Shown: in pieces, positions 16,034-25,009 of the stretch
Layout: every line of letters starts with the position of its first letter
Numbering within the stretch: the first letter of the stretch is position 1
Source of the DNA: an uncultured Solirubrobacterales bacterium
Lineage (GTDB): Bacteria; Actinomycetota; Thermoleophilia; Solirubrobacterales; Solirubrobacteraceae
NCBI GenBank assembly: GCA_963743475.1
Contig: CAVUPS010000001.1
Span: 857,362-889,361 of the forward strand
Reading direction: 5' to 3'
Length of the DNA stretch: 32,000 nt
Notes under the pieces: generated by a model
Database searches by the model: none
What the model saw: only the letters and a program-made list of their open reading frames with translations
What the model was told of the DNA's origin: nothing
Translations under genes and position numbers: made by a program

Positions 16034-16981
16034 GTGGAGCGGCCTGCGCTCATCACCGCACTGCATCCGCTGGAGTCCCCGGCGCGTGTGAATCTCCCCG
16101 AGCGCGAACCATTTCGGATCGGACTCGTCCAACAGCGGTGGCATCCCGATCCCGAGGAACACGAGTCGGCGCTCGCCGATGGCATTCGCGTAGCGGCGGA
16201 GCAGGGCGCCGGCTTGGTCTGTCTTCAGGAGCTGACGCTGTCGCCGTACTTCGCGGTCAATCCCGACGCTGGCGATTGGCCGGCAGCCCATGCCGAGTAC
16301 ATTCCAACCGGCCCGACCACCGCGTTCGCTGCCCGGCTCGCCGCCGAGACCGGAGCGCACGTGCACGCATCGCTCTTCGAGCGAGCCGGAGAGGCAGAAC
16401 TGGGATACAACACCGCGATCTGCGTGTCGCCGTCCGGCGAGGTCGTGGCCCGGACGCGCAAGCAGCACATCCCCGTGACCGCCGGCTACTACGAGGATCG
16501 CTACTTCCGTCCCGGCGACTCCGGCTACCCGGTAGTGGAAATCGCCGGCGCCGGGTTTGGGTTCCCGACGTGCTGGGACCAATGGTTTCCCGAGCTGGCC
16601 CGCGCCTATTCGCTCGCTGGCGCGGAAGTGATCGTCTACCCGACCGCGATCGGCTCCGAGCCCGACCACCCCGAGTTCGACACCGAGCCGCTGTGGGAGC
16701 GTGTAATCAGCGCGAACGGGATAACGAACGGCACGTTCATGGTCGCCGTCAACCGCATTGGGTACGAGCCCCCCCTCACGTTCTACGGGTCGTCGTTCAT
16801 CTCAGACCCGTACGGCAGGATGCTCGTCCAGGCCCCGCGCGACCGTCCGGCGATACTGATCGCCGACCTCGACCTCGACCAGCGGCGCGACTGGCTTGAC
16901 CTGTTCCCATTCCTCGACACCCGCCAGCCGAGCCAGTACGCACCGCTCGTGGCCGAGCGCTCCCCCACCCGGCGGGATTGA
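16034..16981 (+). CDS. aguB: N-carbamoylputrescine amidase (CN-hydrolase/nitrilase superfamily)
   Basis: Starts 10 nt after aguA. Glu in VCLQELT, Lys in RKQHIP, Cys in PTCWDQWFPE. The pairing with aguA fits the agmatine-to-putrescine route. Confidence 0.9.
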   Translation: MERPALITALHPLESPARVNLPEREPFRIGLVQQRWHPDPEEHESALADGIRVAAEQGAGLVCLQELTLSPYFAVNPDAGDWPAAHAEYIPTGPTTAFAARLAAETGAHVHASLFERAGEAELGYNTAICVSPSGEVVARTRKQHIPVTAGYYEDRYFRPGDSGYPVVEIAGAGFGFPTCWDQWFPELARAYSLAGAEVIVYPTAIGSEPDHPEFDTEPLWERVISANGITNGTFMVAVNRIGYEPPLTFYGSSFISDPYGRMLVQAPRDRPAILIADLDLDQRRDWLDLFPFLDTRQPSQYAPLVAERSPTRRD

Positions 16982-17428
16982 CGCGGCCCGGCCAGGCGCG
17001 GCCGCCGAGGACAACCGAACCGAGGCGGACCTCGCGCTGGCGCGGCGACAGGGCGCCCCCTAACCGCGGAGACACGCGTCCTGTTCCATCGTGCCTCGAC
17101 TGGCGACCGGCGAATGCAACACGAACGCGACCCGGTACCCGGGAGTGCTGATCGCAAGCGGGGGCTGGGTCGTCGGCCTCACGCTCACTGTCCTCGCCCT
17201 CGCGCTGATTACCTTCCGCATGAGCCGACAGCGTCGGCACCCCAAACGACTAAATTTCGCGGCTCGATCATCCCGCCTGCGTGTACCCCTCCCGACGCTT
17301 CGCCGCGACGCCGCCGCCCTCGCGGACGGCCGACGCACGGCTCGGGTCCTCGTGGCTGGCTAGACCTTCGACGTAGAGCGTTCTCATCTCTTTCTCCAGG
17401 CCGGTTTATCCCGGCGCTTGCCGGCTCC

Positions 17429-17938
17429 TTATCCCCGCCGGGTTATCCCGGTGACCTCCCATGCCCGACCAAGGCCGCTGCCATAAAAAGCCACAATGAC
17501 GAGGACCAAGGCACGTTGCAGCGCGGCACTCTGGGTGTTCGCTAGGAGCGCCACGGCGAGGCCGAGCTGCACTGAGTAGCCCCCAACCGAAAGCGCCGCG
17601 AAGGCGAGATTCAGCCTTCTGGTTCGAGAGCTGCGGGAAAAATTTCCAGCCCGCTTTGCCCTTGGTATCAGCCGTCTGGTGGCCAGCAGGCCGACGGTTG
17701 CCATGGCGATGCTTGATAGCCCGAAGACGACTGAGCCCCCGGTCAAGGCCACGATCGAGACGAAGAAGATGTCTACCAGGACAACAAACGCGCTCCCGGC
17801 CAACACAGTTCGCAACTCCCGAGTTGTGGGATTCGCGTCGTCCGCGTTGACGACCGATACGGCGACGACGAGCAACCCCAAGATGGCGGCGGACGCGCCC
17901 GCGCTTGCGACGAAGAAGCTCTGATAGTGGCCCACCAC
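17429..17938 (-). CDS. Hypothetical integral membrane protein (about 4 predicted TM helices)
   Basis: GTG start. Hydrophobic stretches: AGASAAILGLLVVAVSVV, AGSAFVVLVDIFFVSIVALTGG, VVFGLSSIAMATVGLLA, LAFAALSVGGYSVQLGLAVALLA. No family recognised. Confidence 0.55.
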   Translation of the reverse strand: MVGHYQSFFVASAGASAAILGLLVVAVSVVNADDANPTTRELRTVLAGSAFVVLVDIFFVSIVALTGGSVVFGLSSIAMATVGLLATRRLIPRAKRAGNFSRSSRTRRLNLAFAALSVGGYSVQLGLAVALLANTQSAALQRALVLVIVAFYGSGLGRAWEVTGITRRG

Positions 17939-18103
17939 AACGCCACCCTATCGGCGGCTATCGTGGCGAGGAGTGCCCGACCGCGTTCTCCACGACAAGG
18001 ATCCCCCGGTGCCCAGCGGAGCGCTACTACGCGACCGGACCCGAGATCCCTGTTGCCCCGATTCTGGGCTTATGTCGAAGAACAGGCCCGCTACCGTTCG
18101 GTT

Positions 18104-18783
18104 ATGGCCCGGTCTGAACATTGCCGCGCGGACCCGCCGGGCCCGGAGCACCTGGCGGCAACCGCATTCATCGACGCTGGGCACCCGACCGTCCGCGCGT
18201 TCGCGGAGCGCGCGGTCGCCGACGCGGTGACGGGCCGGGAGCGGATCTCGCGGCTGTTCACCGCGGTGCGCGATGAGATCCGCTACGACCCCTACCAGCT
18301 CTCCCATAACCCGCGCGATTACATTGCCAGCAATGTAATCAGCCGCGGCGTGGCCTTCTGCATCCCCAAGGCCGTCGTCCTCACCGCTGCCGCCCGCTCG
18401 CTCGGGATCCCGGCGCGTCTGGGCTTCTCGGACGTAAAGAACCACCTGCAGTCCCCCAAACTCGCCGAGCGAATGGGCACCGACGTCTTCGTATTCCACG
18501 GCTACAGCGAGCTGTATGTCCACGGCACCTGGAGAAAAGCGACCCCGGCGTTCAACGCCGAACTGTGCGAGCGCTTCAGCGTCCCGCCGCTGACCTTCGA
18601 CGGATCTGCCGATGCGCTCCTTCATCCTTCGCCGCCGACGGCAGCGCCTACATGCAGTACATCCGCGACCGCGGCGTCTACGCCGACCTCCCCCTGGGAC
18701 CGATTCTCGAGGTCTTCGCGACCGCGTACCCCGGGTTCGGCACCGGCGAGGCGACAGGCGACGATCCCGCATTCTCCGCCTGA
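18104..18783 (+). pseudogene. Transglutaminase-like cysteine protease family gene with a -1 frameshift near 18620-18630 (or an assembly indel)
   Basis: The frame of ORF 17927..18880 carries the core (GVAFCIPKAVVLTAAARSLGIPARL...HGYSELYVHGTWRKATPAF...TFDGSADALLH). It then degenerates into SPPTAAPTCSTSATAAST. The protein-like continuation FAADGSAYMQYIRDRGVYADLPLGPILEVFATAYPGF is in the frame of ORF 18565..18783. Confidence 0.7.
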
Positions 18784-19301
18784 CAAGCTGACGTCCGACC
18801 TCGCTCGTTCGAGCACAGACCGGTCGCTGCAACCACGTGCGCTCCACTCAACCGACCGCTCACCAACGCCTGACCGTTGACGGGCGACGTCTCGCGCGGT
18901 CTACCGCTGATCGGGCGAGCTGCGCGACCGTGCGCGGGTGAATCGAGGGAACAGCGTCCTCTGCCACGGCGATCCGCAGCGTCCGCGCGGTAGTTCCAGA
19001 GCTGCTGCCCAGCATGCGAAGGGGCACGCTGTCGCCGATCCCGGCAGACTGTTGTCCCGCGTTCGCGCCGCCGAGAGCGCCAGGGGCCGGCGGGGTGGGC
19101 GATTCGCCAGGGCCGGTGGACCGCGGCCGTCACCGGCGCGCTGGCACCCGCTCGCTGACATCCTGGGCGGCCGCGATCGACAGCGCGCCTCACGAGCCGG
19201 TGCCACCGACTCGACACCACCAGTCGGCACCGGTCCACCGCACCCGTTCCCGACCTAACACCCCGGCACCCGATACCCCCAGCCGCTATTCTCCCATAAT
19301 T

Positions 19302-19742
19302 GTGAGCATCGAGGAGCTACAGATCAGCATTGAGCGCCACCTTGAGGAACTTTCAGAACAGGTCGAGCGGTTGCGCGCCGCGCTTGAAGCGTTGGACCCG
19401 GGCGACCCGGCGCACGTGAGGTCGCCAACAGGCAGGACGCCACGAGCGACGGGCCCGCGCGAACGGCCGGCAGCCAGGCTCGGCGCAACGCCGCACGCGG
19501 TGCGGGCCAACGGGCAACCCCTCAGCGCGGTTGCGATCGCCGGGAGCGGCGCTGGGCCGGCGAGCTCACCCCCGCTCTCACCCGTCGCGTCCGAGGCGAG
19601 GACTCTGAGCGCCGAGGGTGAGGACTGTCTGTCGCGTGAGCGACAGCCCCGGCATCCGCGCGAACGGGGCGCCGACCTAACTCCCGCAGGTGTTCTTCGC
19701 GGTTCGTCTGGAGCGCGGCGGCCCCTGGGATTGGTCGCGTGA
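19302..19742 (+). CDS. Hypothetical ORF; only the N-terminal coiled-coil-like ~35 aa look protein-like
   Basis: GTG at 19302 gives VSIEELQISIERHLEELSEQVERLRAALEALDPGD. The remainder is low-complexity R/P/A/S and overlaps the YciI-like fragment in another frame. Confidence 0.3.
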   Translation: MSIEELQISIERHLEELSEQVERLRAALEALDPGDPAHVRSPTGRTPRATGPRERPAARLGATPHAVRANGQPLSAVAIAGSGAGPASSPPLSPVASEARTLSAEGEDCLSRERQPRHPRERGADLTPAGVLRGSSGARRPLGLVA

Positions 19743-19776
19743 CCCGCGTGAGCAGGACGATTGGGACGAGCACGCG
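19690..19776 (+). pseudogene. N-terminal ~29-aa fragment of a small YciI-like protein family (GPxWDxSRxxREQxxWDEHA)
   Basis: GTG at 19690 gives VFFAVRLERGGPWDWSRDPREQDDWDEHA. The expected continuation (AAFMD...) is missing; the frame instead reads RLPRRARNAPNWSRSTR and then a stop. The family assignment is from memory. Confidence 0.35.
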
Positions 19777-19781
19777 CGGCT

Positions 19782-19937
19782 CCCGCGGCGGGCGAGGAAC
19801 GCGCCGAACTGGAGCAGGTCGACGCGGTAGGCCTCACGCGTGTTGCGCGTCAACCCGCGTTCCTGCTCGAGATGGGTCAGGAAGTCGAGCATGAGCTGCT
19901 CGAAGGTCTGAGCAGCTTCTCGCGAAACGGTAGTCAT
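19782..19937 (-). pseudogene. N-terminal ~52-aa fragment of a XerC/XerD-type tyrosine recombinase (core-binding SAM-like domain only)
   Basis: ATG at 19937 gives MTTVSREAAQTFEQLMLDFLTHLEQERGLTRNTREAYRVDLLQFGAFLARRG, which is typical of a phage-integrase N-terminal domain. After RRG the frame becomes SRACSSQSSCSRGS. No catalytic domain appears in any frame. Confidence 0.6.
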
Positions 19938-20297
19938 AACGCTCTGTTCGCCGGCACCGTCGCGATCCCTGCCGATTCTCACGCCGGGTCGCGTTCCACG
20001 GCGTCGGGGTCTGGTGCTGCTGCGCCGCCCGCGGGCCTCAGTGGCCGGCGGCGGTGCACACCAAACCGTGCGCGTGGCAGTGGCCGCGCGGTGTGTGGCC
20101 TTGAGGCGGCGTGCGAGGGCTCAGAGCGAGCCCGAGCCAGCGCGCTCGCTCGCGGTCAAGCATCGCGACATCGCCCCCGAACTGCAACCTTGGGATCGAT
20201 CCGGTCGGGCTCGGCGCGCGTTCCAGCCTGAAACGTCGCGAGCGTGCCGCGCGGCACGTGGCACCATGTGCCACCGCATGACCAACCAGCGAGTCAG

Positions 20298-21293
20298 GTG
20301 GAGCACGTGGAGCTGCTGATCGCGAACAACCCCGACCGGGACTCGCGGCTGCCGTTCCTGCTGCGGCTGCCGATCGGCGGCGGGATGGTGTTCCGCACGT
20401 CGGGGACGTGGCCGCGTACCCGAGCGCTGTACTGCCACCCCATCCCGCTCGACGAGTGGCCGCAGGCGCCGGAGATCGTCGACCGGGCCGCGGTCCGGTC
20501 GTGCGTGCGGCGCGGCGCGGCCATCGACCTGGTCCTCGACCGCGCCCGGGAGAACCGCTCGCAGATCGTGTTCACCACCGCGCGTGGCCGCGATGTCGTG
20601 TTCTGGCAGTCGCCCCGAACGCGCAGGCAGGCGCGCCCGAACGTGCGCATCCCGACCGCCCAGGCCGGCGGGATCCCCGAGCTCGAGATCATCGTCGACT
20701 CCCACGAGCAATACCCGTTCCGCTTCGCGTCCCAACAGGTCCGGACGATGCGACGGGCGCTGCCATGCGGCGACTACGGGCTCACCCTCAACGGGAGGCT
20801 GATCGCGTCCGTCGAGCGAAAGTCCCTGCCCGACCTGGTCGCCAGCCTGACCAGCGGGAAGCTGCGCTATGCGGTCGCAGAGCTGGCGGCGCTACCCCGG
20901 GCGGCGGTCGTGGTCGAGGATCGCTACTCGGCCGTGTTCAAGCTGACCCGCGTGCGACCGGCCCAGGTAGCCGACGGGCTCGCGGAGATCCAGATCCGGT
21001 GGCCCGCCGTACCGATCCTGTTCGCGGAGACGCGTCAACTGGCCGAGGAGTGGACGTACCGGTTCCTCGCCGCGGCCCGCCTGTGGGCTGACACCGAACC
21101 GGCCGCGATCGACCGACTGCCTCCTCTAAACGGTCCGACCGCGACCGACCTCGACCGGGCGCCGTCCGCACCCAACCCCTCGACCGCCGAGGTACGCGCC
21201 TGGGCACGGGCCAACGGCCTGACCATCCCCGACCGGGGAAGACTCAGGCCCGACGTCTGGGCGGCGTGGCGACGCGCCAACGCCCGCACATAG
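20298..21293 (+). CDS. Three-part protein: unknown N-domain, ERCC4/XPF-Mus81-type nuclease domain, and an Lsr2-like C-terminal DNA-binding domain
   Basis: Start is uncertain (GTG 20298 or 20307, ATG 20244). ERCC4 motifs: LEIIVDSHEQYPF, LPCGDYGL, ASVERKSLPDLVASL, AAVVVEDRY. The C-terminus STAEVRAWARANGLTIPDRGRLRPDVWAAWRRAN matches the Lsr2 DNA-binding domain pattern (IRxWAxxNGxxVxxRGRIxxxVxxAY), including the RGR motif. Confidence 0.8.
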   Translation: MEHVELLIANNPDRDSRLPFLLRLPIGGGMVFRTSGTWPRTRALYCHPIPLDEWPQAPEIVDRAAVRSCVRRGAAIDLVLDRARENRSQIVFTTARGRDVVFWQSPRTRRQARPNVRIPTAQAGGIPELEIIVDSHEQYPFRFASQQVRTMRRALPCGDYGLTLNGRLIASVERKSLPDLVASLTSGKLRYAVAELAALPRAAVVVEDRYSAVFKLTRVRPAQVADGLAEIQIRWPAVPILFAETRQLAEEWTYRFLAAARLWADTEPAAIDRLPPLNGPTATDLDRAPSAPNPSTAEVRAWARANGLTIPDRGRLRPDVWAAWRRANART

Positions 21294-21898
21294 CGGCCAA
21301 GGCTCGTTCCGGCCTCGCGCTCCGCGCCCCACACCACGCCCGAAGACGCGTTGAGGCTCCACAGGCGACGAAAGCCTCCAGACCCCCGCAACCCAACCTC
21401 CGGCCAACGTGCCGCTCGCCATCGGTGGCCCGGTCGCTCGGGGTCGCCGATGCCGCCATCGATCACGGAGCCACTCGCCAGGACCGGATTGACCGGGCCG
21501 CGCCGGGGTTCGGCCGACAGCACGTCGCACTACTACACATACATCTTCGATCGGGAGTGGGGTCCTTAGACCAAACGCGTACACCCCTTTGGCGCCAGCT
21601 GCGATCGATCGGCGATGACATCAACGACCGGGTGCTTGACGCTCAACTTAGTCACCATTATCGAGCACAGGTTTGCGATCTCATGCATAGGCTCCAATTG
21701 CTGTCTGTGCATGTACATTCATGACGTTCACCGAGCAACACTTGTCGACTTCGTGATAGTCGAGCGCCGCGGGCGGTGGCTGGCGACGCTTGTCGCTGCC
21801 GTCGACCTCGAACCGCGGTGCTCCTGTTCCGTCCCGGGGTGACCGAAAGCCTCTGTCGCCTCGACTCCTGACCTGGTCGGCAACGCGCGCGCGACGCG

Positions 21899-22870
21899 TT
21901 AACCCCCCAAGCCCGACAGCGGGCGCGGTGGTCGCTGGTCGCGCGGCGGCGGGTCGTCGGCGAGTAGCTGGGAGATCGTGACGAGCCGAAAGCCGCGGCG
22001 GCGCAGGCTCGCGATGATCCGCGGCAGCGCTGCGACGGTTTCGGACCTGTCGCCGCCGCCGTCGTGCATCAGGATGATCGCGCCCGCTCTCGCGCCGCTC
22101 AGGGCCGTATACCAGATGCGATGGGGCCCCGGGCGCGCGTAGTCGCTCGTGTCGACCGTCCACAGCACCACCAGCATCCGCAGCGCGCGCAGGATTTGAA
22201 GCGTGGCGGCGTTGAAGGCGCCGTACGGCGGGCGCCACAGGTGGGGGAACGGCGCCCCGGCCTGCCGAATGGCGTCGCCGGCATCGACGATCTGCGCCCG
22301 CTGCAGCGACGCCGTAAGCAGCGACATGAACGGGTGGGTCTCGGTGTGATCGCCGACCTCAAACCCTTCCCGCGCCTCGGCGCGGACGAACTGCGGGTAG
22401 CGGCGCGCCCACTCGCCGATCACGAAGAACGTCGCCGGGGCATGCATCCTGCGCAGCACGGCAAGGATCTCGGGCGTGTACGGACCGGGCCCGTCGTCGA
22501 ACGTCAGCGCCACATCGCGCTTGCGCGTCGTACCGACCCTGACGTAAGACGTGTATAAGAGCACCCGCTCGATCGGAGCGACCACGCTCGCGCCCACAGA
22601 CAAAGCCGAACGCCGCGCACGATCGCGAACAGCCCGATCCGGGTCGACGACCGGGACCCGCGAAGCGACGGTGGTGCGGTCCGACGGTCGGCGTGACGAG
22701 CTCTCCGAAACGACGACAATGACCGCCGCGGCCGCGACGGCGAACAGCAGCGGCACAGACCAGGCCGCACGCCGACGAGCGCGACGGCGCCGCCACGCCG
22801 CCCGCCGCGCCTGCAGATCGTGCGTCGAAAGCACTCTCGGCGCTTCGCGCCGCTCTCCGCGTTCAGACAT
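21899..22870 (-). CDS. Polysaccharide deacetylase (NodB homology domain) with an N-terminal membrane anchor
   Basis: ATG at 22870 (MSERGERREAP...). The upstream part of ORF 21899..23158 looks non-coding. TM helix: VPLLFAVAAAAVIVVV. NodB motifs: ALTFDDGP, VGDHTETHP, LWRPPYG, IILMHD. Confidence 0.85.
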   Translation of the reverse strand: MSERGERREAPRVLSTHDLQARRAAWRRRRARRRAAWSVPLLFAVAAAAVIVVVSESSSRRPSDRTTVASRVPVVDPDRAVRDRARRSALSVGASVVAPIERVLLYTSYVRVGTTRKRDVALTFDDGPGPYTPEILAVLRRMHAPATFFVIGEWARRYPQFVRAEAREGFEVGDHTETHPFMSLLTASLQRAQIVDAGDAIRQAGAPFPHLWRPPYGAFNAATLQILRALRMLVVLWTVDTSDYARPGPHRIWYTALSGARAGAIILMHDGGGDRSETVAALPRIIASLRRRGFRLVTISQLLADDPPPRDQRPPRPLSGLGG

Positions 22871-23278
22871 CGCCGGCGAGTGTGCCACGAGCGGGGGCCG
22901 GCGCGAGGCATGCTGGGCTGGGCGACTGTCCGCGGATCCACGCCCAGCGTCATCACCGCGCCTCACAATCCCTTGAACCACCAGAGGACCACCGCGTCCA
23001 GCCGCCCGCTTTGTGCGATCCGCATAGACTTGGGTCACAGGCCGGGTAATCATCCGCGAAGTCGAGCTGCCCAACCAGATCCATACGAGCCTGTGCTCGG
23101 CGCGCGCGCCGAGCGGATCGCCGTCCAGACGATTTGCAGGCGCGGGTGGTCGTGTCACACGGGGCTGGTCGGACAGTCGGAGCCGGGGAGGTCAGGCGCC
23201 GCAAGCTCAAGGCGAAGCACAAGCCACGGGGCGCGGCACCCAGCGCCGGCGGCGGAATCGTCGCTGAGAGGATCGCGG

Positions 23279-24994
23279 TTACGCGCTCGCGTCGATCGTC
23301 GAGGTCCAGTCAGCGCCGGTCTCGCGGCGGAAAGCGTCGACGGCCGAATCGATCGTCGGGAAGAAGTGACCAGGGTCGAGCGGGCCGATCAGCTCGTAGC
23401 GCTCGAGCTTCGCGCGGACGGGATCCTTGAGCTCAGCGAATACGAGGAAAGTACCGGCCGCGTTGAGTTCGTCGTCGAGGTCGGCGAGCATGTCGGCCGC
23501 GGTGGTGTCGACGTCGGTGATGGGCTCGGCGGCGATCACGATCCAGTGCGGCCGCGGCTCAGCGGCGGCGAGCCGGCGGATCTGATCTCGGAACGTTCTC
23601 GCGTTGGCGAAGAACAGCGGCGCGTCGAAGCGGAAGGTCACCAGGCCGGGCAGCTGTTCGGCCTCTGGGTGCAGTTCGCGGTCGTGCTGTCCCGGCATCC
23701 CCGGAACGCGACCGAGCGTGGTCTGATAAGGCCACCATGCCCGCCGGAATACGTTGAGGATCGACAGCGCGACCGCGACCGCGATGCCCTGCAGGACCCC
23801 GAGCAACGCCACCCCGAGAAACGCCGTGATCGATAGCAGGCACTCGACGCGGCGCTGATGCCACAGCCGCAGTGTTCCCGGCAGGTCGGCCAGCGACAGC
23901 GAGGCGGCGATCACGACCGCGGCGAGGGTGGGGTTTGGGAGGTTCTTCAGCAGTCCGGGCACGAGCACCAGCATCAGGACGATCAGCGCGGCTCCGACGA
24001 CTCCGGTGAGCTGCGTCTTGGCGCCGGCCTGCTCGGCGACCGCCGTGCGCGAACCGCTTGTGCTGACCGGGAATCCCTGGAAGAACCCAGCGGCGACGTT
24101 CGCCGCGCCGATCCCGATCATCTCGCCATCGCCGTTGACCTCCTGCCCCGTGCGAGCGGCGAACGCCGATGCGGTCGAGATCGTGTCGGTCAGCGCGACC
24201 AGTGCGATCCCGAGCGCCCCCGCGACCAGCAGCGGGAGGTCGGATATCGGGCTCGGCACGGTCAGTGGCGGGAACCCCTTCGGCAGGGTCCCGACCAACG
24301 AGACGCCATGGTCGGCGAGGTTGAATGCCGATGACGCTCCGATCGCGACGACGACCGCTATCAGGACGCCCGGGACTTTCGGTAGCCAGCGGCCGAACGC
24401 CAGGATCACGACGAGACTGAACAGGCCGATCGCGACCGCAGCGCTGACGGCCTCCCCCGAGGTGATCCCATTCACGAACGCACGCGCCTCGTTGATCAGG
24501 CCGTTGGCGTCGGTCGAGAACCCGAAAAGCTTGGGTAGCTGTCCGATCAGGATCGTCAGCGCGAGGCCGTTCATGTAGCCGATCTGCGTCGGCTTGGAGA
24601 GCAGATCGGCGACGAACCCGAGCTTCAGCGCCCCCGCAGCGATCATGATCGCCCCGACGATCAGCGCCAGCATCGACGCCAACGCGATCGCGCGCTCGGG
24701 ACTCCCGCCCGACCCGAGGATCGGCAGGATCGTCGCCGCAATCATCGGCCCCAACGACGAGTCCGGACCGAGCACCAGGATGCGCGAGGGCCCGAACACG
24801 GCATAGCCGACCAGGCACAGGATCGACGTGTATAGCCCGGTGATCGCGGGCAGGCCGGCGAGCTCGGCGTACGCCATCCCCTGGGGCACCAGCAGCGTCG
24901 TAAGCACGACTCCGGCCACGACGTCGCGGCGCAACCACGAGATCTGATAGCTCGCGATCGCGCGGACCCCGGGAAGCGAACGCAGCACAGTCAC
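23279..24994 (-). CDS. SulP family anion (sulfate) permease with C-terminal STAS domain
   Basis: GTG start. SulP N-terminal signature LLVPQGMAYAELAGLPAITGLYTS and multiple TM segments. STAS: LVTFRFDAPLFFANARTFRDQI...ITDVDTTAADMLADLDDEL. Confidence 0.95.
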   Translation of the reverse strand: MTVLRSLPGVRAIASYQISWLRRDVVAGVVLTTLLVPQGMAYAELAGLPAITGLYTSILCLVGYAVFGPSRILVLGPDSSLGPMIAATILPILGSGGSPERAIALASMLALIVGAIMIAAGALKLGFVADLLSKPTQIGYMNGLALTILIGQLPKLFGFSTDANGLINEARAFVNGITSGEAVSAAVAIGLFSLVVILAFGRWLPKVPGVLIAVVVAIGASSAFNLADHGVSLVGTLPKGFPPLTVPSPISDLPLLVAGALGIALVALTDTISTASAFAARTGQEVNGDGEMIGIGAANVAAGFFQGFPVSTSGSRTAVAEQAGAKTQLTGVVGAALIVLMLVLVPGLLKNLPNPTLAAVVIAASLSLADLPGTLRLWHQRRVECLLSITAFLGVALLGVLQGIAVAVALSILNVFRRAWWPYQTTLGRVPGMPGQHDRELHPEAEQLPGLVTFRFDAPLFFANARTFRDQIRRLAAAEPRPHWIVIAAEPITDVDTTAADMLADLDDELNAAGTFLVFAELKDPVRAKLERYELIGPLDPGHFFPTIDSAVDAFRRETGADWTSTIDASA

Positions 24995-25009
24995 AGGCCC
25001 TCCGTCACG

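Noticed and set aside
17091-17363. 90-aa plus-strand ORF with one hydrophobic helix (WVVGLTLTVLALALITF)
   Set aside because: It has a single TM-like stretch only. The remainder is Arg-rich, there is no RBS, and there is no homology that I recognise.
21615-21842. 75-aa Cys-rich ORF (…AISCIGSNCCLCMYIH…) in the AT-rich patch as a possible RiPP precursor or toxin
   Set aside because: It has no RBS, no adjacent modification enzyme, poor codon bias, and a C-terminal part that is generic wrong-frame-like sequence. It is kept only as part of the AT-rich-patch finding.
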